From Paramoeba atlantica (Eukaryota; Protista; Discosea), in contig CDRNVI010000157.1 of the NCBI GenBank assembly GCA_977017575.1, positions 1 to 64,000 of the forward strand: 64,000 nt of DNA, written 5' to 3'. This document shows positions 11,012-23,607 of this stretch, piece after piece. How positions within the stretch are numbered: the stretch's first letter is position 1; each line of letters begins with the position of its first letter. The position numbers and the translations under genes were made by a program. The notes beneath the pieces were generated by a model. The model searched no databases. It was not told where the DNA came from and was given only the letters and a program-made list of their open reading frames with translations.

Positions 11012-14000
11012 ACCCTGGATGGAATTTGTAGTAATTTACTACATGAGTAATTGGTGTAGTAAAATACTACATTTGAATTGAACATTACTACATCTTCTGC
11101 CGTAGTATGATGTGACGTATAAACCCCTCGACACGAATAAAACCCCTCTAAAATCAGTAGGATAAGTTCGTAGGGTAGAAAGTAGGGTAGAAAATCAGTA
11201 GGGTAGTTTGTGGGGTCGCGTGCAATAGCGGTTTGAGTGGCAGATTTTCCTGCTCTGTCTGTGGGGACGCCATTCGGGTACAACTTGGATTTTCGGCTAG
11301 TCACGTTGCTTGGTCTCTTAGAAGAGTCCTGCGACGCCCGGTGAGTATCCTGCCCTTTCTGGTAGAAGAAAAGCATGTGGTGATTAAAAGGGAGGAAAAT
11401 TTGAAAATTTCAACAAGGTGCAGGAGAGAAGAAACCATAGTCTGATAAATGCGTCAGACTCGGAAAACTTCTCTCCAGATGAATCTGATCAAGAAATTAC
11501 ACTCATCATGAAGCTTTGAACATTGCGGGACCGGAAATTGAAGCGGAAACATTGCGGGTCTCGGAGCTCGCGTCACTGTTTCATCACCATATGTTTCGGC
11601 TTTCACATGCAGTGGGTCACTACCCTATTTTGGCTTTCATGTACTTCCTTGGATGTTCCATAAGCACTGACACCTGCAGAACGTTGAACAGAATCAATCT
11701 GCCCTTTTCGGTTAGATTGAAGCAGATATGAAGGCTGTGAGGGAAGGGGTCGCGTGTTTCAGCATTGAATTGTTTTAAATGCACGGATTACAGGGCCCGC
11801 GGAAACTTTTAAACCTTCGAAAAAGCACTTTTAAAGCGCTTTCAATTTTAGTTTGGAGCTTTTAAAAGCTTTTTTTCAAGATAATTATTTTACCGCTAAT
11901 TCTTATTCTATAACGAGTGACAGCAACTTGACCCAAGGAACTTTCTGTTTAGAATATTTTGGACGTACCTCTGACCCCGATGGTGGAGCATCCCCCGACA
12001 CAGGAACCTACATTTACAAGGCTTGTCCGGAAGGGGAAAGAAAGACATTCATGATTGCACGAGGCATGTCGTCTTCCTATCAAGCGGCACTGCAGTATCT
12101 TAAAAAGCATTCCATAAAATTTGAAGTGTGGCGTGAAGAAAGACATGCCGAGAGAAGACAAAATCCGACACTCCACGTAAGCACGCAAGCGCAAGACGTT
12201 GTGGATTGGAAAGTACTCTATTCCACGTGCCGCTTTTGAAGATCCAATATTTCGGAACAAAAATTGTCGTGGATTATCCCCATGCCCATGTTTCTTATGC
12301 AGTCACATTTGGGAATTTTTCTGAAAAAGGAATTCATATGCTTTTTCATATTGCTTTTTTGTCTTGATTTTTTATTGTAAAAATGCAATAAATTGTAGCA
12401 TGTCAAAGATTCAGCGGATTTATTATTATTTTCACGCTTTTAAGACTAAATAGCTTTGCCTTAACACCCTTAAATGTGTTCTTCACAAAGACTTCCCATA
12501 TTATCGATATTACATTTCAAAGCTATATTACTTCTTTAGGCCAAATTTCTACGACAACGTTTCACGTGTAAGTATGGCTCACATTTTCATTCGGCATTCC
12601 ACGGATGCACACACTACATGCTCATTTACATAAGTGCATCCGCAGGGTAAAGGTCTACACATGTGCTCGAAAGCTCGAAAACTAAAAAAAGCTCGAAAAA
12701 CACTTTTAAAGCACCTTCCATAGCTGAAATAATAATATTTGTAATAATAAGAGTGTTGAAATCTATGAAAGGCAAAACCTGGCAAAACCCGCATATTCCT
12801 CATTGACGTGGCGAAGAAATGTACTTCGTCAAAATTAGTGAATAACATACTTGGTCATCATCCTGCGCTGCAAAACAATTTTTGCGCCACAAAAAACGAA
12901 AATTTTGAAAAACTCGAAATAAACCCCCAGAAAGGGTAGCCGAGGTCTTGGCGCACATTTTCCCCCTGGTATCAACAGGACGGGGCCGTCAAGTTCGGTT
13001 TTTTCTGAAAAGAAAATTGAAAAAAAAGTCAACTTGGCGAAAAACATGGCTTAAAAAATAGTTTTTCAAAACCAAATTACTTACTTGTATAGTAGTTTGA
13101 GAGTTTGGGACCTGTACTATCTTTCTATGACGTTTTTTTCACAAGATACCCCTTCTTTAAGTCGTGACACATCTCCCAAGATGATGCCCACCAAAATAGG
13201 TGTCCTGGCAAAACCCGGAAAAACTTAACAGGTTTCAACCCTCTTATAATTCCTATGTCTTTCATAAGTAATTATAAATGCAACTTCGACCGATTCGATC
13301 AATATTTTTTAGGAAAAAAATACTCACTACTTTCCTGACACTACTTAATCGACCTCATGTGTACTGCCACTGCAAGCCAGTGACAACTTGTGCAAGCCAC
13401 AATGGCCATTTTTCTAGTGGACTTTACTTCGGTTGTTGTTAGATCATCAAAAAGGTGAGTTGAGAAAAAACTTCTCTGCTTTCGCTTCATTTTCGAAATG
13501 AGTGAAAGTGACCGAGATCACGCTCTGGATGAAACTCTTAAGTTCAATGAACTCGTTTTTGAGCACGAATGCGTTCTACGTCAAACAATTATAGGCGCTC
13601 TAGAAACTCACTTTGGCAAAGTGATCAACAATATACGTTCCGAAGAATCACTAAAACATACATGCCTCATGAGCTTGATAACCTTACTGACGTAGGATTA
13701 GAACGATTATCTATTTGAAGCGCTTATTTGTGAAATTTTGATGGCAGGTATCTAAGATAACAACTTGTACTCTCCTCCAGGTTCACCAGTTTTACATCCA
13801 TAAGTAATTACTGTCACCCCCCCTTTATACTTCCGTTTTTATGAAACCGAAAAATTAGTACCCCCCCTTTATACTTCCGCCCAAGAAAAAGCTTTTTTTT
13901 GAACATTTTTTTTTCATGTTTTCGTAAAAAAATTGGAGATGCATAGAGATATTGCTATATAAAAAATTATTTGCGATATTTTTTAACATGCCATTACTCA

Positions 14001-15375
14001 CACAGTGGGTTAAGCTTCGTCCCCCTCTTCCTCGCGTTGGACTCCCCAACGAACTAACAGTTTCGAGCCCCGAGCCGGCGACTTTGCCATTGTCCGTCGG
14101 TTCACCTCAGGGAAGGAAGAACCTCACGATGCAGGAGAAGTTGAAGGAGAAGTTGTGTGTCACTCCAGTAATAGTGCACAACAACTTAGTGACAAATACG
14201 GCATTTCGTCGCGAAGCATCCGATCCATCCGAAAAAATGGTGCCGGATTTTACCAGAAAAAGGTAAATCTAGGCGGCCGTAGTCGCAAGCGTGAAAGGGG
14301 TTTCAACAAGGACAGGCATGTCGAAATGGAAAAGATAAATGAAATCCTCCTTGGCGAACTCGATGGCATGCGACCGATCACGAAACATACCGTTCTACAT
14401 TTGATGGAGGAACGTGGTGTTTTTCGATCTGACCTGTATGAGAAGGCGAAAGAGGAAACGTACCATCGATTCAAGTACGTTTTCGGATGGACGAATAGAA
14501 AGTTTGGAAAAGCTCAATGTATTTCCCCCAAAGACATCGATAATCGAATCAAGGTGTGGGCAAAAAAATTTTACGTGCAGCACACGGTTCGAAAATATAA
14601 TTATGTGTTGTTCGGGGACGAACTTCGCTCTCTATTGACGGGCCAACCACAGGTGTGAGCGTTGCTCCCATTGGTGCTCTGAACGTGCGAGTGAAGGGCA
14701 CCAATGAGAAAGAAAATGTAACTGTTTTTCTGGCTGGGATATATGATGTGTGTGCGAAAAAGGCGCTCCCGCTACCTCCAATAGTCATTTTTCAATCTTC
14801 GACGAAGGAAGAAAATTCCCGCATATTAAAGGACCTCAAGAGCGTTGAAAATAATTTTGGGAAAATTTACGTTCGCGTAACCGAGTCCGGTTGAATGCAA
14901 GAGGAAATTTTCTCCAAAATTCTATCAACCTACATAGCGCTCTCCCGACACCTTTAACCCTACTTCTTGATGAAGATTCTGAAGAAGACAGTACACCAGA
15001 CGACTGGAAGCGCTTTCGCCGTGGTAACGTAATGATTTCTTCTCTCGTTTTGGACACCTTCTGCACAAGGGTTTTGGAATTGTATTTGTCCGAATCCAAA
15101 GAGTCTAACATTGTCTACTGGAACATCTGGGTGACACAGAATATGTTAGCTAGAGGGATACTTCCGAAAAATGTAAATCATGCTACTCGCATTTATGCTT
15201 CTCTCCGCTATGAGTATCGCTATGTACTCATAGAAGTCGGGGGCCACATTATCGCCGTACATGACAGTCAGCGCTTGCAAAGGCCCGCTGCTGCAAAGGC
15301 GAATGTAGATCGTTTTAAAAACTGTCTCATGAAGGTTCTGCTGGTAGATCGTCCCAATACGTACCAACTAGTATA

Positions 15376-16359
15376 CAGGGGGGGCCACGAAAACTGACAA
15401 GGTCCGCATTTTAGCGTCCTGAGGCCGTTTGAGCTGATTTTTGTTGCAAACGAGAGATCTCGTTCTGAATATCGTGTCTACGCTATTTAAAATACAAAAA
15501 CGTTCGCCGGAAAACATTTCCAATGAGTTACAAAAGTGAAATTTAAAGATTTTGCAAATTGAAAAACGGGTCTAAAATTCGTAATGTTTACGTACCGCGG
15601 CCCAAAAAGCACCCAGAAAGTAGGTCTTAATAGCCAGTATTCCCACCTCCACGCTCACGTAGTATAGCGAGGCGCGTGGGAAGACTCTTTAGCGTATTCA
15701 CATACGCCTCGTGACATTCGTTCAACAAATATTCCTTGGCCTTTGGAATAGCCGCTTGTAATTCTTTTCGATTCTGTGGACTACATGGATAAAGTACTTT
15801 ATCCACTCTCTTATGTACCCATTTAAACCCCGGACACCCGAATTGTGTGTCTCGCTCAGCATCAACAATAGCACAGAGCATGGCTCGGAACTCATCCGTA
15901 CCAACGCCGTTATCGCGCGAGTAGGGTGCACGTGCCACGTCACCTGACTCATCGAAACGCGCTTTGTACCGAGAGACAGAACTCTCTGAACAGTTCATCA
16001 TACGTGCCGTATCCGGAATAGATGTCCCACGGTGTCTTTCGTGTGCGCAGACAATGCGCACAGGATATGAACACTGTTCTGGTGATAGCTGGCGACGGTT
16101 TAGTCTATTCCTTTTGCCCATAGTAAGGTAAAAAGAAGAAAAAATAGCCTTTTTTACGTTTTTCGATACTTTTTGCAAAATATTTTGCCCAAAAATTCAA
16201 TATTTTGTAAATATATATTTTTTTGATTAGCAGAAATGGGCTCCAAATAGCGTAGACACGAGATTCAGAACGAGATCTCTCGTTTGCAACAAAAATCAGC
16301 TCAAACGGCCTCAGGACGCTAAAACGCGGACCTTGTCAGTTTTCGTGCCCCCCCCCCTG
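15376..16359 (-). mobile_element. Internally deleted Tc1-like element (984 bp)
   Basis: ~115-bp TIRs starting CAGGGGGGG with TA TSD. A related truncated copy lies at 44351-44870. Confidence 0.9.
15627..16121 (-). CDS. Open in-frame fusion of Tc1 HTH domain to transposase C-terminus (no DDE core)
   Basis: SIPDTARMMNCSESSVSRYKARF (HTH) is joined to PQNRKELQAAI..RERGGGNTGY. The catalytic motifs are absent. Confidence 0.55.
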   Translation of the reverse strand: MGKRNRLNRRQLSPEQCSYPVRIVCAHERHRGTSIPDTARMMNCSESSVSRYKARFDESGDVARAPYSRDNGVGTDEFRAMLCAIVDAERDTQFGCPGFKWVHKRVDKVLYPCSPQNRKELQAAIPKAKEYLLNECHEAYVNTLKSLPTRLAILRERGGGNTGY

Positions 16360-16817
16360 TATGTTGGTTGTCTACAACAGGAACCCGGCAATAAAGATTG
16401 TGCCCTGCATGTCATCAACAATCTAAATAATGCGTTGCGTGAGACGAAAAGCATTGTGATCACTCGCAAGCAAATTTCTAAAGAATGCTTTCCTCGAAAA
16501 CAATAGTTTTGTTAAAAACTTTAACAAAATATGTTAAAAGGATATTGCTCATGCGGTATGGTTTTATGCTTACCGCCCACGTGTTTTTCTTGTTTGTGCT
16601 AACATCTTTTTAATTCTCGAATATTCAGTTTATATTCTGTACTCGTTGCTCTTCAAAAAAAAACTTGTGCTCTCATAACTTCTCTACCATCTTATTTCTG
16701 CAATTAAGCTGTGCTCTTTATGTAGTGAACAAAATGTATTGTGCTGTTTTTGAAGTACGTTGCGCGAGGATTGGATATATTAAAGCGAAAGATCCATGGC
16801 ACTTTGTGCAAGTAAAT

Positions 16818-16836
16818 AAAGATACCGTTTCTGTAA
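16818..16836 (+). other. Spliced-leader-like motif AAAGATACCGTTTCTGTAA
   Basis: Identical to 5750-5768. Lies 240 bp inside the right TIR of the pogo-Ulp1 element. Confidence 0.5.
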
Positions 16837-17164
16837 ATGCGAGAATCCTTCCACTGCGAACATCTCAGCCCTCCGACTTTTTTGAGATTAGAAGATTGGG
16901 TTTGCTCTATACGACGAGCGCCGCGAAACAAAAAAATATTTTTTTTCGTCCATTTTTCAAAAAACAAAAATTCAGCCCCCCCCCCCTTTATACTTCCGAA
17001 AGTCAGGTTCCCCCCTTCAGTACTTCCAAAAGTACTGAAACCGGCGGAAGTATAAAGGGGGGGGGGGGGGTGACAGCATAACTATAATTATAATTATAAG
17101 TTCAAAAAACTTATAATTTATACTTATAATTACTTATGGAGGGGACAGTAATAATATATTAATA

Positions 17165-18799
17165 ATTGCGGTGGTTGTATAACTACCGCTGTACCCTCGA
17201 TTATTGAAAAAAAAGTGAACAAAAACAGTGAAAATATAAAGAGGAACACAGTAATAAACCCCCGCTCACGAATAAGTGACCCCCCCTTATTTTTAGCACA
17301 GGGGGGGCGTCGGTGGGTGATCATATCACTTTTTCGTTCAAAATTTCGAGATCTGTACGTTCCCGCTGTTTTTAGCTCATTTTAAAATTTAGTCAAAAAA
17401 CATAATTGGTTTTTCAACTTTTTTTCCCAAAAATGACCAAATCACCATATCGGCTCCCAAAAGGGGGGCTTAGGGATAGTGGTAAGGTTCTTTTGAAGAT
17501 GAGACAGGCAGAAGGTGTTCCGATAAAACAATTATCCCGTGATTTTAACGTCTCTAGAAGGATAATCAAAAAATATCTGAACGAAAAAAAATCTAGCGGG
17601 GAATACACTTTGAGTCCTGTGACCATCTATTACAAGTGAGACATCTACAATGACACATCTATTACAAGTGAGACGTACATAGAAACATTAAAACAGGTAG
17701 ATTTCCCCCCTAATAGTGTATTTCAACAGGATGGGGCAACGGCACATACTGCCCGTGCCTCCAAAGAGTATATTGAGAATTGAATGAGTGATGTTCTAAG
17801 AAACTGGCCCCCCAACTCGCTCGACCTTTCCCCCATAGAAAACGTCTGGTCTATGGTCCAAGAGGCGGTAGACGAACAAACCCCATCGGACAAACCTTCA
17901 CTTATCCGATGTGTACGTAAAGCATGGTCTTCTTTAACTCAAAAAGTGATCGACAAAACAGTATTAAGTTTTGATTCTCGACTTAAGGAGTGTATAAGAT
18001 TGAAGGGCGAAAAAGTGACAAAATGGTAATTCTTCTCTAAATTGTGCGTATTCGTTTCTTTTTGTCTCATTTCTGCACGCGCAAAGTCCTTGTGTTGAGA
18101 TCTGCAAAATGCAACAAAAAACAGCTCAAACGGACATTTGTACGAAAAAAAAGAGGGGGGTCACTTTTCGTGAGCGGGGGTTTATAATAGAAGAAAAATT
18201 TATAAAAGGGGGCTCCGGTGGTCCAAAATTAAAAAAATTGAAAAAAATGGGGGTCTAGGCGGGGGTCCATGGGGGGGGTCTAGGGGGGGGCATACCGCAC
18301 GAATTTTTTTTGAAAAAATTAGTTTTCGAAAAAAAAAACGCAGAAGCGGTAGCCCGGGTCTTGGGGCGTATTTTCCACCCCGCTACCCGGGGGTGACCCC
18401 CCCGCGTATCCTCAGGACGGATCCGCCAAGTTCGGATGTTTTCAGAAAAAAAAATTGCAAAAAATTTCAACTTGGCGAAAAAAATGACGAAAAAAATATT
18501 TTTTCAAAATCGTTTCCCCTATTGTATTTTGAGAGTTCAGTAGGGTTTGATTCATGCTTACGAGTGATTTCCCACACGAAAATGTCGGATTTAGTGCTCT
18601 GAGAGCAAAAATACGCAAAAATCACCCCATTTTTACCCGAAAATCGGCTGTTTTTGGCTAGTCTTTCTGTTTTCTTCAGCTTTCCAGGCCAAATCTTCTT
18701 TTTTAGGCTCTTCTTTAAACGTGGTGGTAGTTTTCAATGCGAAGAGCGCAGCGAGTGACTTCGAAGTTGAAAACTAACACCGCGTTTAACGAAGAGCCT
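17165..18799. mobile_element. Hairpin-ended non-autonomous element with a nested Tc1 derivative
   Basis: Colinear with 62446-63352 once 17257-18182 and one TA are removed. Confidence 0.85.
17257..18182 (+). mobile_element. Internally deleted Tc1-like element, family of 42867-44205
   Basis: TA|AACCCCCGCTCACG ... CGTGAGCGGGGGTT|TA. HTH (MTKSPYRLPKGG..) and C-terminal (QQDGATAH..DLSPIENVW) remnants are present. Confidence 0.9.
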
Positions 18800-19424
18800 A
18801 AAACCTATTAATAATTATTATTATTACCGAACTGAATTATTAATAATCCTGCAGCTATGGCACTTTCAACGATCTGAAAAAGCTTTCTTTTGAATTTTTA
18901 AAAAGTTTTCGCGGGCCCTGACGGATTAACAAAATTTCTTAAAATATAAGGAAAATTATCGCTGTACTAGTCATTATCATATTTTAAGCTTATGCAAGTT
19001 GACTATTACTGTATGGGAAAGAACAAAATATCGCGCGTTGGAATAATACAAGTTAAATTCAAGTGTGGGGAAAAAGTGTAGCTCTAATGGTCCTAAAAAG
19101 TATGAGACAAAACATGGAAAAAAAAACAGAAAATATCCGTATAAATATCAGAGTAGATGTTATTGCGCGCCCTGACAAAATAGTAACTGTAAAACATTCT
19201 CAGAAAAAAATATTCTCCGAACAATAATTTATTCCAATGAAAAGGATGATGAAGAAAAGGTGGCATGCGGAAGTTATGCAAGAGCAAAGTGGCCAATACA
19301 TGAGTGGCCGCCGTTCAAACGTTTGCATTACTAATTTTCTGAATATGTGAATACTATCATATATTAGTATGTAACTACTATTTATGAATAACACCATAAT
19401 ATATAAATTAACACTACACTGTAC

Positions 19425-20930
19425 GGAAACCTGTAAGCAGTGCATAACTGCTGTAATGGTTTTTATGACAATAATTATTAATTGCGGTGGTTGTATAACT
19501 ACCGCTCTACCCTCGATTATTGAAAAAAAAGTGACCAAAAAACGGTGAAAATATAAAGAGTCCTGCTACTCGTAGTTTTTGCAGAAACTACATGCAGCAC
19601 GAACGTCGGTAGTGGGATGCAATTTGCGAAGCCCACGGGGGTGGTATGGCGAGGGCCAGCGTGAGCGGGCCTGAGTCGTACGCGACGTCGTTAGTGGGAA
19701 GCAATTTGCGAAGCCTCGTTTAACAACAACCACCGCTTTTTAACGAAGCAGCTAGCACGCCGATATTTTAAGCTTATGGTGCTGACTATTACTGTATGGG
19801 AAAGAACAAATATCGCGCGTTGGAATAATACAAGTCAAATTTAAGTGTGGGGAAAATGTGTAGCTCTAATGGTCCTAAAAAGTATAAGGCAAAGCATGAA
19901 AAAAAACCAGAAAATATCCGTATACTAGAGTAGATGTTATTGCGCGCCCTGACAAAATAGTAACTGTACAACATTCTCAGAAACAAAATTCTCCGAACAC
20001 TATATTATTCACACTAACACTATAGTATATAAATTAGGCCGTCTAATTCTATAATATTTAACTCCCAATTTGAATTATATCCCAGCGCAACATCAACTAT
20101 TTATTTGTCAATTATTTTTTGTATGCTGAGGTTCGTCGTGTTTCCCATTACAGGTACTAACTCACCATCGTCCACGTATTCCACAAGCGGCCCGGCTCGG
20201 TCTGTGCCGTGTCATCTCACCATTGCTTACCGTAATCTTTGTTCGCGCTACAGTATAATACAGATTCTTTAACTCGTCTCTGATTTTTAGGAAGCCTTCA
20301 AGTTCTGCATTAAAAGCTAAGCTCATGTCACGCAAGTTTTCGTGCACGAAATCGAATTCAATATGACCAGACAATTTATTGTCACACATATTAAGATAGA
20401 CTAGAAAGGGTGGCAGGTGACGAAAATCTGGAGTGCCCGTGAACTGGTTGTTGGATATGTTAATGTCTTTCAATTTCGGAGGCAACTGATCAAAGGGAAA
20501 CTCACCCGATAGAGAATTGAACGTTAGCCGTAAAATTTCCAATTCGTACGGCAAATATTTTACATTGAACTGGCCTTGTAGTTTCTCGCTAGAGCCCATC
20601 ATGTGACCCCAGGTTATCCAAATCACGTCGCCCTTGTCGTTACATCTGACTCGATCCCATCTACATCCCGGGGTATCGGTGGACCACGAGCGTGGAGGGT
20701 TTTCTACGAGTCTCATCAAATCGTACTCCACAGGTAACGACACGGCACTGACTTTGGATGGACGAGATGTTCCAGTCACATTAGAACTGCTCGTTGAAAG
20801 CGTCGTGTCGGAAGAATTCGTTTCACTGTGGGCTTCCTTCCTTAACGGTTCCGTTACATCCGCCGAAAGCATAGAACAAAGCATAGCAATAATCAATGTT
20901 TTAAAAAGACTAACTTTGAAATAGTGTAAA
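19425..20930. repeat. ~1.5-kb segmental duplication (partner ~29325-30830) containing a short hairpin-ended element and an LRR gene
   Basis: Base-by-base near identity of the non-coding sequence and the LRR ORF. The 230-bp sub-block 19768-19997 also recurs at ~18985-19220. Confidence 0.9.
20162..20884 (-). CDS. LRR protein, paralogue of 30061-30777
   Basis: SKVSAVSLPVEY, CRWDRVRC cap and ~4 LRRs. Likely ATG at 20884 (MLCSML). Confidence 0.88.
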   Translation of the reverse strand: MLCSMLSADVTEPLRKEAHSETNSSDTTLSTSSSNVTGTSRPSKVSAVSLPVEYDLMRLVENPPRSWSTDTPGCRWDRVRCNDKGDVIWITWGHMMGSSEKLQGQFNVKYLPYELEILRLTFNSLSGEFPFDQLPPKLKDINISNNQFTGTPDFRHLPPFLVYLNMCDNKLSGHIEFDFVHENLRDMSLAFNAELEGFLKIRDELKNLYYTVARTKITVSNGEMTRHRPSRAACGIRGRW

Positions 20931-20976
20931 CAAGTTCCTGATCAAGCACGAGCCTAGCATTTTTACCAAATTCATA

Positions 20977-21126
20977 CTATCGCCCCCTATTCTAGCTTTG
21001 CCTGGTTTTCGGAAAAAGCAACGCTAGGAGGGGGTCAAAAAAATCGCCGCTTCGCGACAAGAGACAGTCTAAAAAGCAACGCTAATGAGGGGAGTACCGA
21101 GGCAACGCTAGGATAGGGGGGGATAG
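20977..21126. mobile_element. 150-bp MITE, TA TSD
   Basis: TA|CTATCGCCCCCTATTCTAGCTTTGCC ... GGCAACGCTAGGATAGGGGGGGATAG|TA. Confidence 0.7.
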
Positions 21127-23039
21127 TAAATAGTATGAATATTATACATGTAATTTCTAAAGGTAGAGAGCGTACGTTGCGTGTGTGTTTTTTAGTTTTG
21201 TTTTACATACGTATTATTTAGTACGTAAGTTAGTAGCGGGGATAAGATTAATGAATATGCAGAATCTACGAGCATTTTTAAACTATTAAATCATTTAATG
21301 GTTCAATTCATTCTTCACGGCTGGCGAATGTCGTACCAAACCTTTTGTAATGGTCTCACGTGCGGCAGAGTCGATTCCACGACTGTAGCTTTCTATAGTT
21401 GTATTCTGATTCAGTGTACACTTTCTCTGGTCGCGTCCCAACATCAGCCATGTTATCTTCGCTGGGTATGTCACCGAGCATTAGGCTAATGCTAAATACT
21501 AGAGCTATATACTAGTCTAGTATATAGCTAATTTAGCTTTCCTTTGAAACCCTCACACCCTTTTACTGTGTGATCCGGTGTATCTAACGGGGAATATCCT
21601 TTCACAAAAGAGTGGCACGCAGCCGTATTATTATTAGCTATTACAACAAATTGAAAATCATTGTCATGAGCGCAGCGAATAGCATTTGTTATTGCTGTGG
21701 CTTCCACTTATACATGTCCTTATGTACAAGGGGGACCAGCTAATGCTGGGGGTCTCAAATTTGTAAAACTTGGCCAATTTTGGAAATTATTAGCGCATTT
21801 GAGAGCTCTCACATCACCCTCCTGTGGAGCATATATCGTTTCCCGTGCTTTTACACACGACGCATTTTAGAGTAAAAATGCGTTTTCTCGACTTGCATTT
21901 TTTGCATTTTTTTCGCTTTTTTATGGGTTTTCTCCGGTTTTCCCCCTTTTATTCATCATTCATGCCTCAAAGACGAGTACCTTCACGTTCTTTTCCCGGG
22001 AATTTATCTGAGAGCCGTTGCTCACCCCCAGGGCATACAAAACTAACTCATAGAATGTTGTTAGTTGATGATTAGGAGAAAACGGGCTCGTTTTCCGAAA
22101 TTTCTCGTAATTTTAGTGTGCGTGAAGACACTGTCAAGAACGGCACAAGACGACGGGTGATGTTCAAAACGTACGAGAGAAGAGACCTCGCACCGTACAT
22201 ACAGATGCTTTGCTGCAAACAGCCTTGCAAGTTTACGAAAATCTTGACCATTCATGCCCATCCTGGAATTTCATTCTCAGAGATGTTCACAAGGCGGGGT
22301 TCCAGTGCTCGCAACCAGCTCTAAGGGAACATGACGTGACGACAACAACAACATGCTACATGGTCTTGCCGCCCGTACGTTCAGTAAAAAACCCTTTCTC
22401 TCGGCGAGGCATAAACTCAAACGTTTAGACTTCGCCAAAGAGTTGGTAACTTGGACTGAACAAGAGCTGTCTCACATCATTTGGTGTGATGAGAAGTTTT
22501 TTCGGTGCGGTTGCCGCGGGAATCGAATGTTTATTGGTCGCGAAAGCGACATCGACAAGTACTCGACCCCTGGAATGGACCGTTGGGTGGGGGGGGGGCA
22601 TTATGGTGTGGATGGGGATAAGTCTCAGGTATGGGGGGTTCATCCACATTTTCGAAGAAGATTCATCTCTGAAAGGGAATAATTTTTTTATTTTCTTAGG
22701 CGCCATCCTGCAGCTGTTGTCGTGATGGACAACGCGACTGTCCACAAAACAACACGTCCTCATTTTAAGGATAGCGGGATAAAAATGCTGGATTGGGGCC
22801 CAAATCTCCAGACGTGACACCTATTGAGAATTTATGGTCAATGATAGATGCCATAAAATGTAGAAAAGAGCCACTGAACCGTGAATTCTTAAAAGAATCC
22901 ATCCCAGCTTCTTAGAATGAGCTGCTTAATGAAGTCGGTTTCGTGGAACGCACTCTAAAGAGTGTGCCAAACAGAATGCGTATTGTTATAGAGAGGGAAG
23001 GGGGGCACTGTGGGTACTAGGTTTGTCATTGTTTTATCA

Positions 23040-23607
23040 TGCACTTATAGTGCAGAGATTTACTCACCATGTCCTTATCCCGCATACGACGGGTGGATCA
23101 TGTGAGGTTTCGTCCTCGCCGGAGGTGTGCGGGTGCGGAGAGCTGGCGTCCCAGGTGCAGAGAGCTCGGTTGTCATGTGCAGGTGCAGAGAGCCGGATGC
23201 GTAATCCCCATATTACAGTTTCGGGGGCAATCCGGGTGCAGAGAGCTGCGACAGAGCCGAGGTGCGGAGAGCTGGGCGACCGCCAGGTGCAGAGAACCGA
23301 GTCTCGTCGGCGGAGGACACGTCTAGTGGTCCTCAAGGGAGGCCACCGTGACGCATGGCCCTCTCGGAGAGGAAAAAGACAAGTCGAAAAAAGCCGAGAG
23401 GGGGAAGCATACTCACTCCAGGGGAGTGAGTCGGGGAGGGGTGAAGGGGTGAAAGCGCGTCCCCTGCTTCAGCGACAAGAGGGACAGTTCCGACCTTAGT
23501 GCCGGCCGGCAACGGGCATAAAAATACAGTAAGAGTATGCCCGTTGCCGGGGAAAGAAAGGATTAACTAAGGAAAAAGTACCAACAAGGTACAGAAACTG
23601 TATCTTT
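23040..23607 (-). other. Insert starting with an SL-like motif, then a 15-bp perfect hairpin and ~7 GGTGC(A/G)GAGAGC repeats
   Basis: SL-like motif at 23607-23579, hairpin at 23506-23550, and a 20-mer at 23472-23491 identical (reverse complement) to 28000-28019. Confidence 0.6.
23579..23607 (-). other. Best spliced-leader-like match: AAAGATACAGTTTCTGTACCTTGTTG|GTA
   Basis: 23 of 26 positions match the trypanosomatid SL 3' part plus donor as I recall it (GATACAGTTTCTGTACTATATTG|GTA). Confidence 0.6.

Larger units (their letters stand above)
13988..16506 (+). pseudogene. pogo transposase plus C48-like protease pseudogene, split by a Tc1 insertion
   Basis: Removing 15376-16359 plus one TA rejoins the frame: ..IIAVHDSQ..YQLVY|VGCLQQEPGNKDCALHVINNL..RKQ* (stop 16504-16506). 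Confidence 0.7.
13811..17076 (+). mobile_element. pogo/Tigger-like element relic carrying a Ulp1/C48 protease-like domain
   Basis: TIR CTGTCACCCCCCCTTTATACTTCC at both ends, left TA intact. CENP-B-type HTH (RKNLTMQEKLK..QLSDKYGISSRSI), GDE, ESG*M, LLLD, then a protease-like segment. Confidence 0.8.
11791..18920 (+). mobile_element. hAT-type element (7.1 kb including nested insertions) with 8-bp TSD
   Basis: TIR CAGGGCCCGCGGAAACTTTT / AAAAGTTTTCGCGGGCCCTG. ACGGATTA is duplicated at 11783-11790 and 18921-18928. A degenerate BED-finger/hAT N-terminus lies at ~11950-12330 (YIYKAC..ALQYLKKH..AFEDPIFR). Confidence 0.85.
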
